Source of the DNA: an uncultured Frankiales bacterium
GTDB lineage: Bacteria; Actinomycetota; Actinomycetes; Mycobacteriales; SCTD01
Length of the DNA stretch: 57,194 nucleotides
Direction: 5' to 3'
Assembly (NCBI GenBank): GCA_966212015.1
Contig: CBIHPE010000001.1
Span: 1-57,194 of the forward strand
Both the position numbers and the translations under genes were made by a program. The notes beneath the pieces are model-generated. The model was not told the origin of the DNA and searched no databases. It saw only the letters and a list, made by a program, of their open reading frames with translations. Positions 44,201-51,625 of this stretch are shown in pieces (the stretch's first letter is position 1; each line of letters begins with the position of its first letter).

Positions 44201-45164
44201 CGCGATGTCGATCGCCGACTCCGCGGTCTTCCTCGAGAACGGCCGGGTCCGCTACCAGGGGCCGGCGCAGTCGCTGCGCGACCACCCCGAGCTGTTCGCC
44301 AGCGTCGCCTTCGGCGCCGGCGGGGCGAGCACCGGTGGCGGCTCGGAGCTCTCCCGCGCTCTCAAGCAGCAGCGCACCGAGCGCGAGCCGGTGCTCGTCG
44401 TCGAGCACGTCAGCGCGGCTTACGGCGACGTGCGCGTCGTCGACGACGTGTCCTTCGACCTGGCGGCCGGCGAGGTCGTCGGCGTCCTCGGTCCCAACGG
44501 CGCCGGCAAGACGTCGCTGTTCGACGCGCTGTCGGGACTGCTGCCCGTCGCCGAGGGCACCGTCAACCTGCTGGGTACGGACATCACGGGGACCAGCTCG
44601 CACCGGCGCGCGCAGCTCGGCCTGATGCGCTCCTTCCAGAGCGTGCGGCTGTTCCCCTCCTTGACCGTCCGAGACACGATCGCCGTCGCCCTCGAGACGC
44701 GCCTGCAGGTGAAGAGCTCGGCCTTCGCCGGCTTGTGGCTGCCACCGGCGCGCGCCGAGGAGCGTCGCACCGACGAGCGCGTCGACGGCCTGCTCGAGCT
44801 GCTGCGCCTGGAGAAGGTCGCGGACGCCAGCATCTCCTCCCTGTCGCTGGGGTCGCGCCGGATGGTCGACCTGGCGTGCCAGCTGGCGGCGCGTCCGAAG
44901 GTGCTGCTGCTTGACGAGCCGGCTGCGGGTCTGGCGGCGGGGGAGACGGAGCTGCTGGGTCCGCTGGTGAGCCGGATCAGCAGCGACCTGGACTGCGCAG
45001 TCCTGATCATCGAGCACAACGTGCAGGTGCTCGCGTCCGTCGCCGACCGCCTGATCGCCATGAGCAACGGCGCGGTGATCGTCGAGGGTGCCCCGAACGA
45101 CGTCCTGAACGACCCCGAGGTGCGCGGTGCGTACTTCGGGTCCCGACAGCTGCAGAACTCCTGA
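41241..45164 (+). CDS. Single-polypeptide HAAT-type ABC transporter: LivH-like TMD + LivM-like TMD + LivF-like NBD + LivG-like NBD
   Basis: 1307-aa uninterrupted ORF. Two polytopic halves. NBD1: GLNGAGKTS / LSGGEQQ / LLVDELSLGLSP. NBD2: GPNGAGKTS / LSLGSRR / LLLDEPAAGL. ATG 41253 is an alternative start. Confidence 0.88.
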   Translation: MRLRMPYRRLVSRPELLLLVALVVGCSFLSEGLPLGIAGLGVVTGCIVGLHAMGIVLVYSRTRILSFAQFGLGAFASTLFFACIFYNQWAVLGDGVCKCLAPDGANLYQLQHHPTAYRAYLAHEHPWALVLNIVITVVLAVLFALDAGKTVYNKHTTFFYRAPAIGPTIATLAFAGILSGAAGALTLRTKQTFGHYIWQWWPWGPVPGTGIHGKPAVPEGIFEMPHQKDLGFSLSGGATFHLYDVLAVLTALLALGFVTLRFRVGRRGLLSRAAAANLERSATLGVDVVKESRGPWRVAGALAGLSGVLAIATGGGQPVTGLDVSVLTSVLAAVVLARLTSPGWALLASVLLGVLDQGMYWNLRSHTQYQGALFVIIGAALLIQRGRKNRAERDSESVFTSATEPRRVPLQLRNAPGVNGFLRANALLAGAILISYPLFTTPGQLSQGLVIVANMVLGLSILVLSGWGGLVSLGQLSVAAVSAYAVAIAGATWHLPMPLALLLGAFAAALVSPVVGFPALRLPGPFVAIMTLAFALAIPAVLLNPDLLGDALPGNLPRPVLLGLDFDSDRYFYWFSLLVLAGVLALVTGLRRSRLRRALIAARDNQLATEAFGVDVTRLRLEAFAVSGFIAGLGGGLLAYANSGVQGDAFAAPSSILIFLLVVIGGLSAVSGPVLGAGTFGLVSLLGPTWAGTYIGLGTLFILAARPNGLAGLVTSLRDAAIRVIMHLQGNDLIRFGGARVAIADRGAQAPVVPVTYRLVGDGFGPVEGTRLRPVEGVAAVEQVVEPELVDEVEQALSRLACHRLDVSYGGASAVTGVSLSVAPGEILAIVGLNGAGKTSLLRALAGLEPAAHGTVEINGTDVTLMLPQDRAGLGLGYVPGGAAVLPTLTVRENLVVAGGDDDSIEEMVTRYPALGQRLETMAGNLSGGEQQVLALAQGVLRRPSALLVDELSLGLSPEALSATLDLIVQLADEGTAIVLVEQSISTAMSIADSAVFLENGRVRYQGPAQSLRDHPELFASVAFGAGGASTGGGSELSRALKQQRTEREPVLVVEHVSAAYGDVRVVDDVSFDLAAGEVVGVLGPNGAGKTSLFDALSGLLPVAEGTVNLLGTDITGTSSHRRAQLGLMRSFQSVRLFPSLTVRDTIAVALETRLQVKSSAFAGLWLPPARAEERRTDERVDGLLELLRLEKVADASISSLSLGSRRMVDLACQLAARPKVLLLDEPAAGLAAGETELLGPLVSRISSDLDCAVLIIEHNVQVLASVADRLIAMSNGAVIVEGAPNDVLNDPEVRGAYFGSRQLQNS

Positions 45165-46189
45165 TGAGCCCCACGAGAGGACCCCAGAAGAACATGGCCA
45201 CTCCCACGGTCACCCGCCAGCGCAACAAGCCGGCGTCGATGTCCGCATCCGGGTTCCAGGAGGCGTTCGAGCGGATCGTTGCGAACGCGTCGCTTGTCAT
45301 CAAGGGCAAGGAGGAGGCGCTGCGGCTGGTGCTGACGGCGATGATCGCTGACGGTCACTGCTTGTTGGAGGACATGCCGGGGACGGGCAAGACGATGATG
45401 GCGCGGGCGCTGTCGACGTCGATCAACGCCAAGAGCAACCGCATCCAGTGCACGCCGGACCTGCTGCCGTCGGATGTGACGGGCGCGCCGGTGCTGGACA
45501 CGCGGAACGGGACGTTCACCTTCCGTGAGGGGCCGGTGTTCGCGAACGTGCTGCTGGTCGATGAGATCAACCGGGCGACGCCGAAGACGCAGTCGGCGCT
45601 GCTGGAGGCGATGCAGGAGCGGAACGTCACGCTGGACGGCGTGACGCACAAGCTCCCGACGCCGTTCCTGATCCTGGCGACGCAGAACCCGGTGGAGCAG
45701 GCGGGCACGTTCCAGCTGCCTGAGGCGCAGCTGGACCGGTTCCTGATCAAGCTGTCGGTCGGCTACCCGGACCGGGAGGCGGAGGGTGAGCTGCTGGATG
45801 CGAACAAGTCGACGGAGGCGATCACCCGCCTGGGGTCGGTGTCGAGCACGGAGGAGATCTTGGCGATGCAGGCGTTCTGCCAGGACGTGGACCTGCCTGA
45901 GCCGGTGAAGATGTACATCGTCGACGTGTGCCAGGCGACCCGCACCGACCCGTCCCTGCTGATGGGCGCGAGCTCGCGTGCCTCGATCTCGCTCGTCAAG
46001 GCGTCACGTGTCCGCGCCGCGTCGCAGGGCCGTGACGTGGTCCTGCCGGACGACGTCCGCGCGCTGCTCTCGGCCGTCATCGAGCACCGGCTGATCCTGA
46101 CCCCGGACGCGCAGCTGCGCGACGAGACCGTCACCAACGTCCTCGAGCGGATCCTCACCCGCATCCCCGTCCCCCTCGGCGTCGGCTAG
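45164..46189 (+). CDS. MoxR-family AAA+ ATPase
   Basis: 341 aa. Walker A DMPGTGKT, Walker B VLLVDEINRATPKTQSALLEAMQE, LPEAQLDRF. The start shares 1 nt with the ABC stop (TGATG). ATG 45194 is an alternative start. Confidence 0.92.
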   Translation: MSPTRGPQKNMATPTVTRQRNKPASMSASGFQEAFERIVANASLVIKGKEEALRLVLTAMIADGHCLLEDMPGTGKTMMARALSTSINAKSNRIQCTPDLLPSDVTGAPVLDTRNGTFTFREGPVFANVLLVDEINRATPKTQSALLEAMQERNVTLDGVTHKLPTPFLILATQNPVEQAGTFQLPEAQLDRFLIKLSVGYPDREAEGELLDANKSTEAITRLGSVSSTEEILAMQAFCQDVDLPEPVKMYIVDVCQATRTDPSLLMGASSRASISLVKASRVRAASQGRDVVLPDDVRALLSAVIEHRLILTPDAQLRDETVTNVLERILTRIPVPLGVG

Positions 46190-46195
46190 CTGAAG

Positions 46196-47464
46196 ATGGC
46201 TGCCCTCTCCCGTCGGCGCGCGACCGGTCCCAGCTCGGAGGTTGCGGGCTTCGGCGCGCTCGTCGAGCGGTTCACCGGTCTCACGTCAGCTGGGGCGATC
46301 GTCCTCGTGGCGAGCCTGCTCGGCTACGTGCTGGCCCGCCAGCTCGGTGGCCGCGCGCTGTTCCTGCTCGTCTCCGCGGGTGTCCTGCTCGTGGTCGCCG
46401 CCGCCGTCACCAGCCGTCGCAAGCGGCGGCTCACCGCTGAGCGGTCCGCGCTCCCGACGCGGATGCGGGTCGGGCAGGTCGCTGAGGTCGAGCTGACGGT
46501 GAAGTCGCCGGGGCGGCTCCGGGCCTTCGTCGTGCAGGACCACATGTCCTCGCTGCTCGCCGACCAGGTGCGGGTCCCGGTGCCGACCGTCGGTTCGGAG
46601 CAGGACTTCGTGCACGCGTACTCGATCCGCCCGACGCTCCGTGGCGTCTACCAGCTGGGCCCGCTGGCGGCGGAGTGGACCGACCCGTTCGGGCTCGCGC
46701 GGCACCAGCAGAAGCTCAGCGACCCGGTCGACGTGATCGTGCACCCGACGACCGACGCGGTGTTCGACCGGCCGCTGACCCGGATGTGGGAGGACCCGCC
46801 GTTCCGCCCGCCGGTGTCCAAGCCGTGGCCGCAGGGCTTCGAGTTCTACGGCATGCGCGACTACGTGCCCGGTGACGACCCGCGCCGGATCGTCTGGACC
46901 GCCATGGCCCGCACCGGGAAGTACCTCGTCCGCGAGTCGGAGCAGGGCATCACCGACCGCATCACCGTCGTGCTCGACAACAACGCCAGGGCGCACTCGC
47001 CGGGCTACCCGTCGGAGACCTTCGAGCTGGCCATCCGGGCCTGCGCCTCCCTCGGCGCCTGGAACATCAAGCAGGGCTTCTCGGTCCGCTTCCTCACCAA
47101 CGACTCGGGCCAGGGCCCGGAGCTGCGGGGCAGCAAGGCCCGCATCAGCCTGCTCGACGAGCTGGCCAAGCTCGAGCTCACCGACGTGCCCGTCAGCAAG
47201 GCCATCGAGCGGGTCATCACCGAGCGCCGCGGCGGCACCCACATGTGCCTGGTCTCAACCGGGTTCGACAACCGCACGGCCACGCGCGTCCGCATGCTCA
47301 CCGACAAGGGGATGTCGCTCGTCGTCTGCCTGGTGCGCTGGGAGGACAGCGACCCGAACGCCGCGCGGCGGGCCCGCGAGATCGGCGCGCAGGTCGTGCA
47401 GGTCTCCCCGGGCGACCAGCTCGAGCACGCCTTCGCCCACGGCCTCGGGCTGGCCGTCCGATGA
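46196..47464 (+). CDS. DUF58 (VWA-like) domain protein
   Basis: 422 aa. Two N-terminal TM helices. DUF58 signature FYGMRDYVPGDDPRRIVW...RESEQG. Confidence 0.88.
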   Translation: MAALSRRRATGPSSEVAGFGALVERFTGLTSAGAIVLVASLLGYVLARQLGGRALFLLVSAGVLLVVAAAVTSRRKRRLTAERSALPTRMRVGQVAEVELTVKSPGRLRAFVVQDHMSSLLADQVRVPVPTVGSEQDFVHAYSIRPTLRGVYQLGPLAAEWTDPFGLARHQQKLSDPVDVIVHPTTDAVFDRPLTRMWEDPPFRPPVSKPWPQGFEFYGMRDYVPGDDPRRIVWTAMARTGKYLVRESEQGITDRITVVLDNNARAHSPGYPSETFELAIRACASLGAWNIKQGFSVRFLTNDSGQGPELRGSKARISLLDELAKLELTDVPVSKAIERVITERRGGTHMCLVSTGFDNRTATRVRMLTDKGMSLVVCLVRWEDSDPNAARRAREIGAQVVQVSPGDQLEHAFAHGLGLAVR

Positions 47465-50355
47465 CCTCGATCCTCGACCAGCCCGCTGACCTCGACCACC
47501 TCGAGAAGCCCGACCTCGACCACCTCGCCGACGACCCCGCCGAGCACGGCCCGGAGGACGAGCAGGAGCGCGCTCTCGCGCCCGCGGCTCTCGCGCTCGC
47601 AGCCGTGTCGGCCCTGCTGTCGTCCGCCGGGGCCGCGTGGATGGTCGGCGGCATCTTCCGGGGCCTCGAGGCCCGCCTCGTCGGACTGCTCGGCGTCCTC
47701 ATCGGCTGCGGCTTCGTCTACCTCGGCACCCGGCTGCGCAGCTCCGTCCTCCAGTACCTGACCCTGCCGGCAGCGCTCCTCGCCGGTGCCGTTCTCATGA
47801 GCAGCGCGTCCGGGGCGGGTACGTCCTCGCTGCCGGCGCTCGTCAAGGACGCCGCGACCACGTCGCAGGTGCTCCAGCCGCCGATCGACTTCGCGCCCGG
47901 CTGGCGTCTGATCCTCGTCGTCATCCTCGCGCTGCTGTCGTCCGCTGCCTGCTCGCTCGCGCTGTCGCTGAGCCGGCCCCGGCTCGCCGTCGCCGTGCCC
48001 GCCCCGCTCGTCGTCGCACCCGCCTTCATCCAGCCGAGCTCGTCGGCGGTCGTCACGAGCTCCGTGAGCGTCGGCCTCGTGATGATGGCGCTCGCCACGT
48101 CGTACGCCGCCGACGGCGTGGGCGACACCTTCGACGCGAGCTTCGAGCTGCGCCGCCTCGCGCGCAGCGTGCTCGCCGGCGGCCTGCTCATCGCGACGCT
48201 CATCGCCGCGAGCAAGGTGTCGTTCCTGTTCCCGGAGAAGGACAAGCACCACGTCGTCCCGCCGCGTCGCCCACCCGTGAGCCCGCCGCAGCCGGACGTC
48301 CCGCTCTACACGGTCACCGGCGCGCTGAACGGCCCGCTCGAGGCCGGCGTCATCGACGTCTACTCCGTCAAGGAGGGCGCCTGGCTGCTGCCCCCCGTCG
48401 ACAACCTGCGGCTGAAGCGCCTCAAGTCCGACGCGGACATCCCGGGTGCGCCGGCGCCGTTCGGCGCCTCGACGAGCTTCAGCGTCACGGTGAAGCAGGC
48501 GACCGGTCACCTGCTGCCGTCGGTCTCGTCGGCGCTGCACCTCGACGGTGATGTGAAGGTCGACTACGACCCCCGCACGCAGTCGCTGTCCCTCCCCTCG
48601 AGGCCGGTCTACACCGGGCTGCACTACACGGTCACGACGAACCCCGTCCCCGACGGGAAGCAGCTCAGCGCGGTCAAGGGCGACGTCCCGTACGCGCTGA
48701 GGGAGTTCCTCACCGCGCCCGACGCGCCGCCGGCCGTCACCGACCTGCTCGCGAAAGCCCCGCAGGCGCCTTACGCGAAGCTGCAGTCGCTCCGCGCGGC
48801 GCTCTACCGGAAGTTCACCGCCGCGGGACAGGGCAAGCCGACGGACGTCGACGCCGACCGGGTCGTGCAGCTGCTCCGCGGCGGCACCGGCAACCCCTAC
48901 GAGCTCACCGCCTCCGAGGCGCTGCTGGCCCGCTGGGCCGGCATCCCGAGCCGCATCGGGTTCGGCTACTACAACGGCAACCCGCTCGACGACGGCTCCG
49001 TCGAGTTCCGCCCCGCCAACGCCGCGACCTACCTCGAGGTCTACCTCGCGCCCTACGGCTGGGTGCCCATCATCGGTGTCCCGCCGCGTGCGCAGCAGAG
49101 CCTGTCCAACAACCAGCGCAACAACGACTCGAGCATCGCCGCATCGCCCGAGCTCGGCATCAACGTCTACCTGCCCGTGAAGCAGGACAACCGGTTGCCG
49201 CTCTACGAGTACGCCCGCTACTACCTGGTGCGCGCACTCCCGATCGCCCTCGGCGTGGGCGCGCTCGTGCTCCTCTACCCCGTCGTCCTGAAGCGGGTCC
49301 GCCGGCGGCGGCGCGCGGCCTGGGCGAGCCAGTTCGGTCCCGCCGGTGCGATCGCGGTGGCCTACTGCGCCCTGCGTGACCAGATGATCGACCTCGCCCT
49401 GCCGGGGCGCGGCCTGACCCCCCTGGAGCTGGTCGAGATCATCGAGGAGGACGAGGAGCACGCCGAGCTGGCCTGGCTCGTCACGCGCGGGCTGTGGGGC
49501 GACCTGCGGCACCGCCTCACGGAGGAGGACGCGGCGGCAGCGCGGGCCCTCAGCGCCTCGGTGAGCGCGCGGCTGTCGAAGGCCCAGCCCGAGACGGCGC
49601 GGCTCCTCGCTGCCGTCTCCCGGGCCAGCCTCCGGCACCCGCACAGCCTCGAGGTGCCCAACGCGTGGTGGGAGCTGCGGCTGCCGCGGCTGCGCGTGCC
49701 CCGGCTGCGGGCGCTGCGCCCCAGCGTCGCGACGTCGCTCCTCGCCGTGCTCGCGACGCTGACCCTCGGCGGCTGCTCGTCCGGCGGGCACCACGCCGAG
49801 CCGAGCGTCGCCTTCCCGACCCGGCTCGCCCCGACTGCCGTCGCAGGGCTCGAGGTGCACGAGGAGAAGCGCGCCACGGCTGCCTACGTCAAGGCCGCCA
49901 AGGACGACGCGGTGATCGTCAACGAGGGCAAGGTGCTCTCCTTCAACAAGAACGGGCTCGTCCAGGCCGCCCTTCAGGTCGCGCAGCTCAAGCCTGGCTA
50001 CGTGAGCACGGACAAGGAGGTCCGGGACGCGATCACCCGGAGTGTCGGCAGCGGCAACCAGGTCGCGAAGCTCAGGCCCGAGGGCTCGCACGACCTCTAC
50101 AACGTCGTCGACGGCAGCCAGCGCATCTACCTCTGGTTCCCCACGGCGAAGTCGATGGCCCTGCTGGTCCTGCGCACGCAGATCACCGAGGGAGCCGCGG
50201 AGGCTCTCGCGCGCGGCCTCATCGACTACTCCGACGGTGGCGACATCAGCGAGGCAGCACTCTCCGCAGCCTTCGCCGACTCCACCGGACCGACCCCCAG
50301 CGGCACCCCGACCAGCAGTCCCAGCCCCAGCGCCTCCCCGGAGCCGACGCCATGA
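47461..50355 (+). CDS. Polytopic transglutaminase-like protein (apparently lacking the Cys-His-Asp triad) with DUF4129-like region and an extra C-terminal lipoprotein-like module
   Basis: 964 aa from ATG 47461 (ATGA overlap). N-terminal multi-TM region. TGase-core-like stretch ARWAGIPSRIGFGYY...YLEVYLAPYGWVPI. A TM, then an acidic DUF4129-like segment, then an in-frame lipobox LTLGGC at 49759-49776. Confidence 0.8.
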   Translation: MTSILDQPADLDHLEKPDLDHLADDPAEHGPEDEQERALAPAALALAAVSALLSSAGAAWMVGGIFRGLEARLVGLLGVLIGCGFVYLGTRLRSSVLQYLTLPAALLAGAVLMSSASGAGTSSLPALVKDAATTSQVLQPPIDFAPGWRLILVVILALLSSAACSLALSLSRPRLAVAVPAPLVVAPAFIQPSSSAVVTSSVSVGLVMMALATSYAADGVGDTFDASFELRRLARSVLAGGLLIATLIAASKVSFLFPEKDKHHVVPPRRPPVSPPQPDVPLYTVTGALNGPLEAGVIDVYSVKEGAWLLPPVDNLRLKRLKSDADIPGAPAPFGASTSFSVTVKQATGHLLPSVSSALHLDGDVKVDYDPRTQSLSLPSRPVYTGLHYTVTTNPVPDGKQLSAVKGDVPYALREFLTAPDAPPAVTDLLAKAPQAPYAKLQSLRAALYRKFTAAGQGKPTDVDADRVVQLLRGGTGNPYELTASEALLARWAGIPSRIGFGYYNGNPLDDGSVEFRPANAATYLEVYLAPYGWVPIIGVPPRAQQSLSNNQRNNDSSIAASPELGINVYLPVKQDNRLPLYEYARYYLVRALPIALGVGALVLLYPVVLKRVRRRRRAAWASQFGPAGAIAVAYCALRDQMIDLALPGRGLTPLELVEIIEEDEEHAELAWLVTRGLWGDLRHRLTEEDAAAARALSASVSARLSKAQPETARLLAAVSRASLRHPHSLEVPNAWWELRLPRLRVPRLRALRPSVATSLLAVLATLTLGGCSSGGHHAEPSVAFPTRLAPTAVAGLEVHEEKRATAAYVKAAKDDAVIVNEGKVLSFNKNGLVQAALQVAQLKPGYVSTDKEVRDAITRSVGSGNQVAKLRPEGSHDLYNVVDGSQRIYLWFPTAKSMALLVLRTQITEGAAEALARGLIDYSDGGDISEAALSAAFADSTGPTPSGTPTSSPSPSASPEPTP

Positions 50356-51332
50356 AGCGACCCCTCGTCCTGGCCCTCGCAGCCTGCGCCCTCGCGACCG
50401 CCTGCGGGCCGACGACCCACCTCGACCTGCGGCTGCGCGGCGTCGAGATCACGTCGGTGCGTGTGCTGACGCCGGCGATCACCCTCGTGCCCCCGGCGAC
50501 CACGCCTCCGCCCGCGTCGCTCCCGCCGGTGCCGCCCATCACGACGTACCTGCCCCCGTCGCCGGCTCCGGGCGCGAGCGCGCCGCCCGCGGTCCTGACC
50601 CCGCCGCCCGCGTGTCCGACGGCCGGCCAGTTCGACGCCCCCGAGTTCGCTGCTCCCGCTGCGGTGAAGGGGATCCCGGCGAACGCGGAGTACGTGCAGA
50701 AGGCGCTCGGGACGTATGCCGAGAACGGCACCCAGAAGCCGCTGGACGGCATCGTCGACGTGAAGGTCGTCCGGCTCCCCGACAGCACCACGACGGCGAA
50801 CCAGGCCGTCCGGTCCTGGCGGGTGGAGCGGCACAACGGCAAGGCGAGCTCGGTCGAGGTCTACCAGCTCGTCGGTCCGTCGAGCCTCGCAAGCGCGGCC
50901 TCCCCGGTCTCGCCGGGGATCTACCTCGTCGGGCTGGCCTGGGACGACCCGACGCGCGGCAAGCTCACGTTCCAGCCGACCGGCAACGGGCTGTGGATCC
51001 TGCCCGACCCGGTGGCCGAGGCGACGAACGACACCCAGTACGTCGGCACCGCCACCGACCCGAACACGGTGACCACGCTCGAGCTGCTGCGCAACGTGCG
51101 GGCGCACAAGCGGGTCGACGCCTGCGGCAAGCTCATCGACACCTTCACGGTCGAGATGAGCGGCACGCTCGTGTCGCCGACCGACCAGTACCAGGTGAGC
51201 TGGACGCAGCAGCTCGCCACGGCCTACGGCGGTCTCGACGTCGCGAGCACGTTCTCCCTCGTGTCGCCGCTGACGACGTTCCGCTGGAGCAGGTCGCTCA
51301 CCTCGACGACCGTCCCGAAGGCGTCGTCGTGA
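50352..51332 (+). CDS. Hypothetical lipoprotein with a Pro-rich linker
   Basis: 326 aa. MKRPLVLALAACALATACG lipobox. ATGA overlap with the upstream stop. Pro-rich tract, then a beta-looking domain. Confidence 0.8.
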   Translation: MKRPLVLALAACALATACGPTTHLDLRLRGVEITSVRVLTPAITLVPPATTPPPASLPPVPPITTYLPPSPAPGASAPPAVLTPPPACPTAGQFDAPEFAAPAAVKGIPANAEYVQKALGTYAENGTQKPLDGIVDVKVVRLPDSTTTANQAVRSWRVERHNGKASSVEVYQLVGPSSLASAASPVSPGIYLVGLAWDDPTRGKLTFQPTGNGLWILPDPVAEATNDTQYVGTATDPNTVTTLELLRNVRAHKRVDACGKLIDTFTVEMSGTLVSPTDQYQVSWTQQLATAYGGLDVASTFSLVSPLTTFRWSRSLTSTTVPKASS

Positions 51333-51538
51333 GCGCCCCGCTCCGCCGGCCGGGGCGCACCCCCGGCAGCGTCAACCTCGCCGTCGGCCTGGGGCTGCTG
51401 GTGCTGCTGCTCCCGCTCCTCCTCAACGCGGCGACCTCCTCGCCCCCGACGGCGGCGGAGTTCTCGCCGAACGCCAAGCAGGTCATCAAGAAGGCGCCGC
51501 CCGGCCAGGCCGCCGCCGTGACCGGGACAGGGCAGTGA
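51329..51538 (+). CDS. 69-aa signal-anchor ORF, probably the N-terminus of the downstream binding protein
   Basis: GTG 51329 (GTGA overlap). RRPGR n-region and hydrophobic core VNLAVGLGLLVLLLPLLL. Ends at TGA 51536-51538 in the same frame as the next ORF. Confidence 0.6.
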   Translation: MSAPLRRPGRTPGSVNLAVGLGLLVLLLPLLLNAATSSPPTAAEFSPNAKQVIKKAPPGQAAAVTGTGQ

Positions 51539-51547
51539 TCGGCCCCT

Positions 51548-51577
51548 GGCGCCGGTCCGTCCGCCGGACCTGGCGCC
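51548..51577 (+). other. GC-rich hairpin 10 nt downstream of the in-frame TGA
   Basis: GGCGCCGGTCC (51548-51558) pairs with GGACC-T-GGCGCC (51566-51577). 11 bp, one bulged T, 7-nt loop GTCCGCC. Confidence 0.6.
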
Positions 51578-51625
51578 TCGCCGTCCCCCACTCCGAGCCC
51601 GACCCCGACGCCCACCCCGAGCCTG

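Noticed and set aside
41504-44914. 1136-aa plus-strand ORF inside the fused ABC gene, and 41100-42722 minus
   Set aside because: Arg/Pro/Gly-rich alternative or antisense frames. Walker and signature motifs and the TM segments are all in the 41241-45164 frame.
47005-50091. 1028-aa minus-strand ORF
   Set aside because: Antisense to the DUF58 and TGase-like genes, with shadow composition (Arg/Gly/Glu/Asp/Pro-rich).
51536-51538. TGA read as selenocysteine
   Set aside because: The codon lies in a low-complexity linker where a redox-active residue makes no sense. I see no selenoprotein context or selenocysteine-machinery genes in the window. The hairpin is kept as an observation, but Sec decoding cannot be supported from sequence alone.
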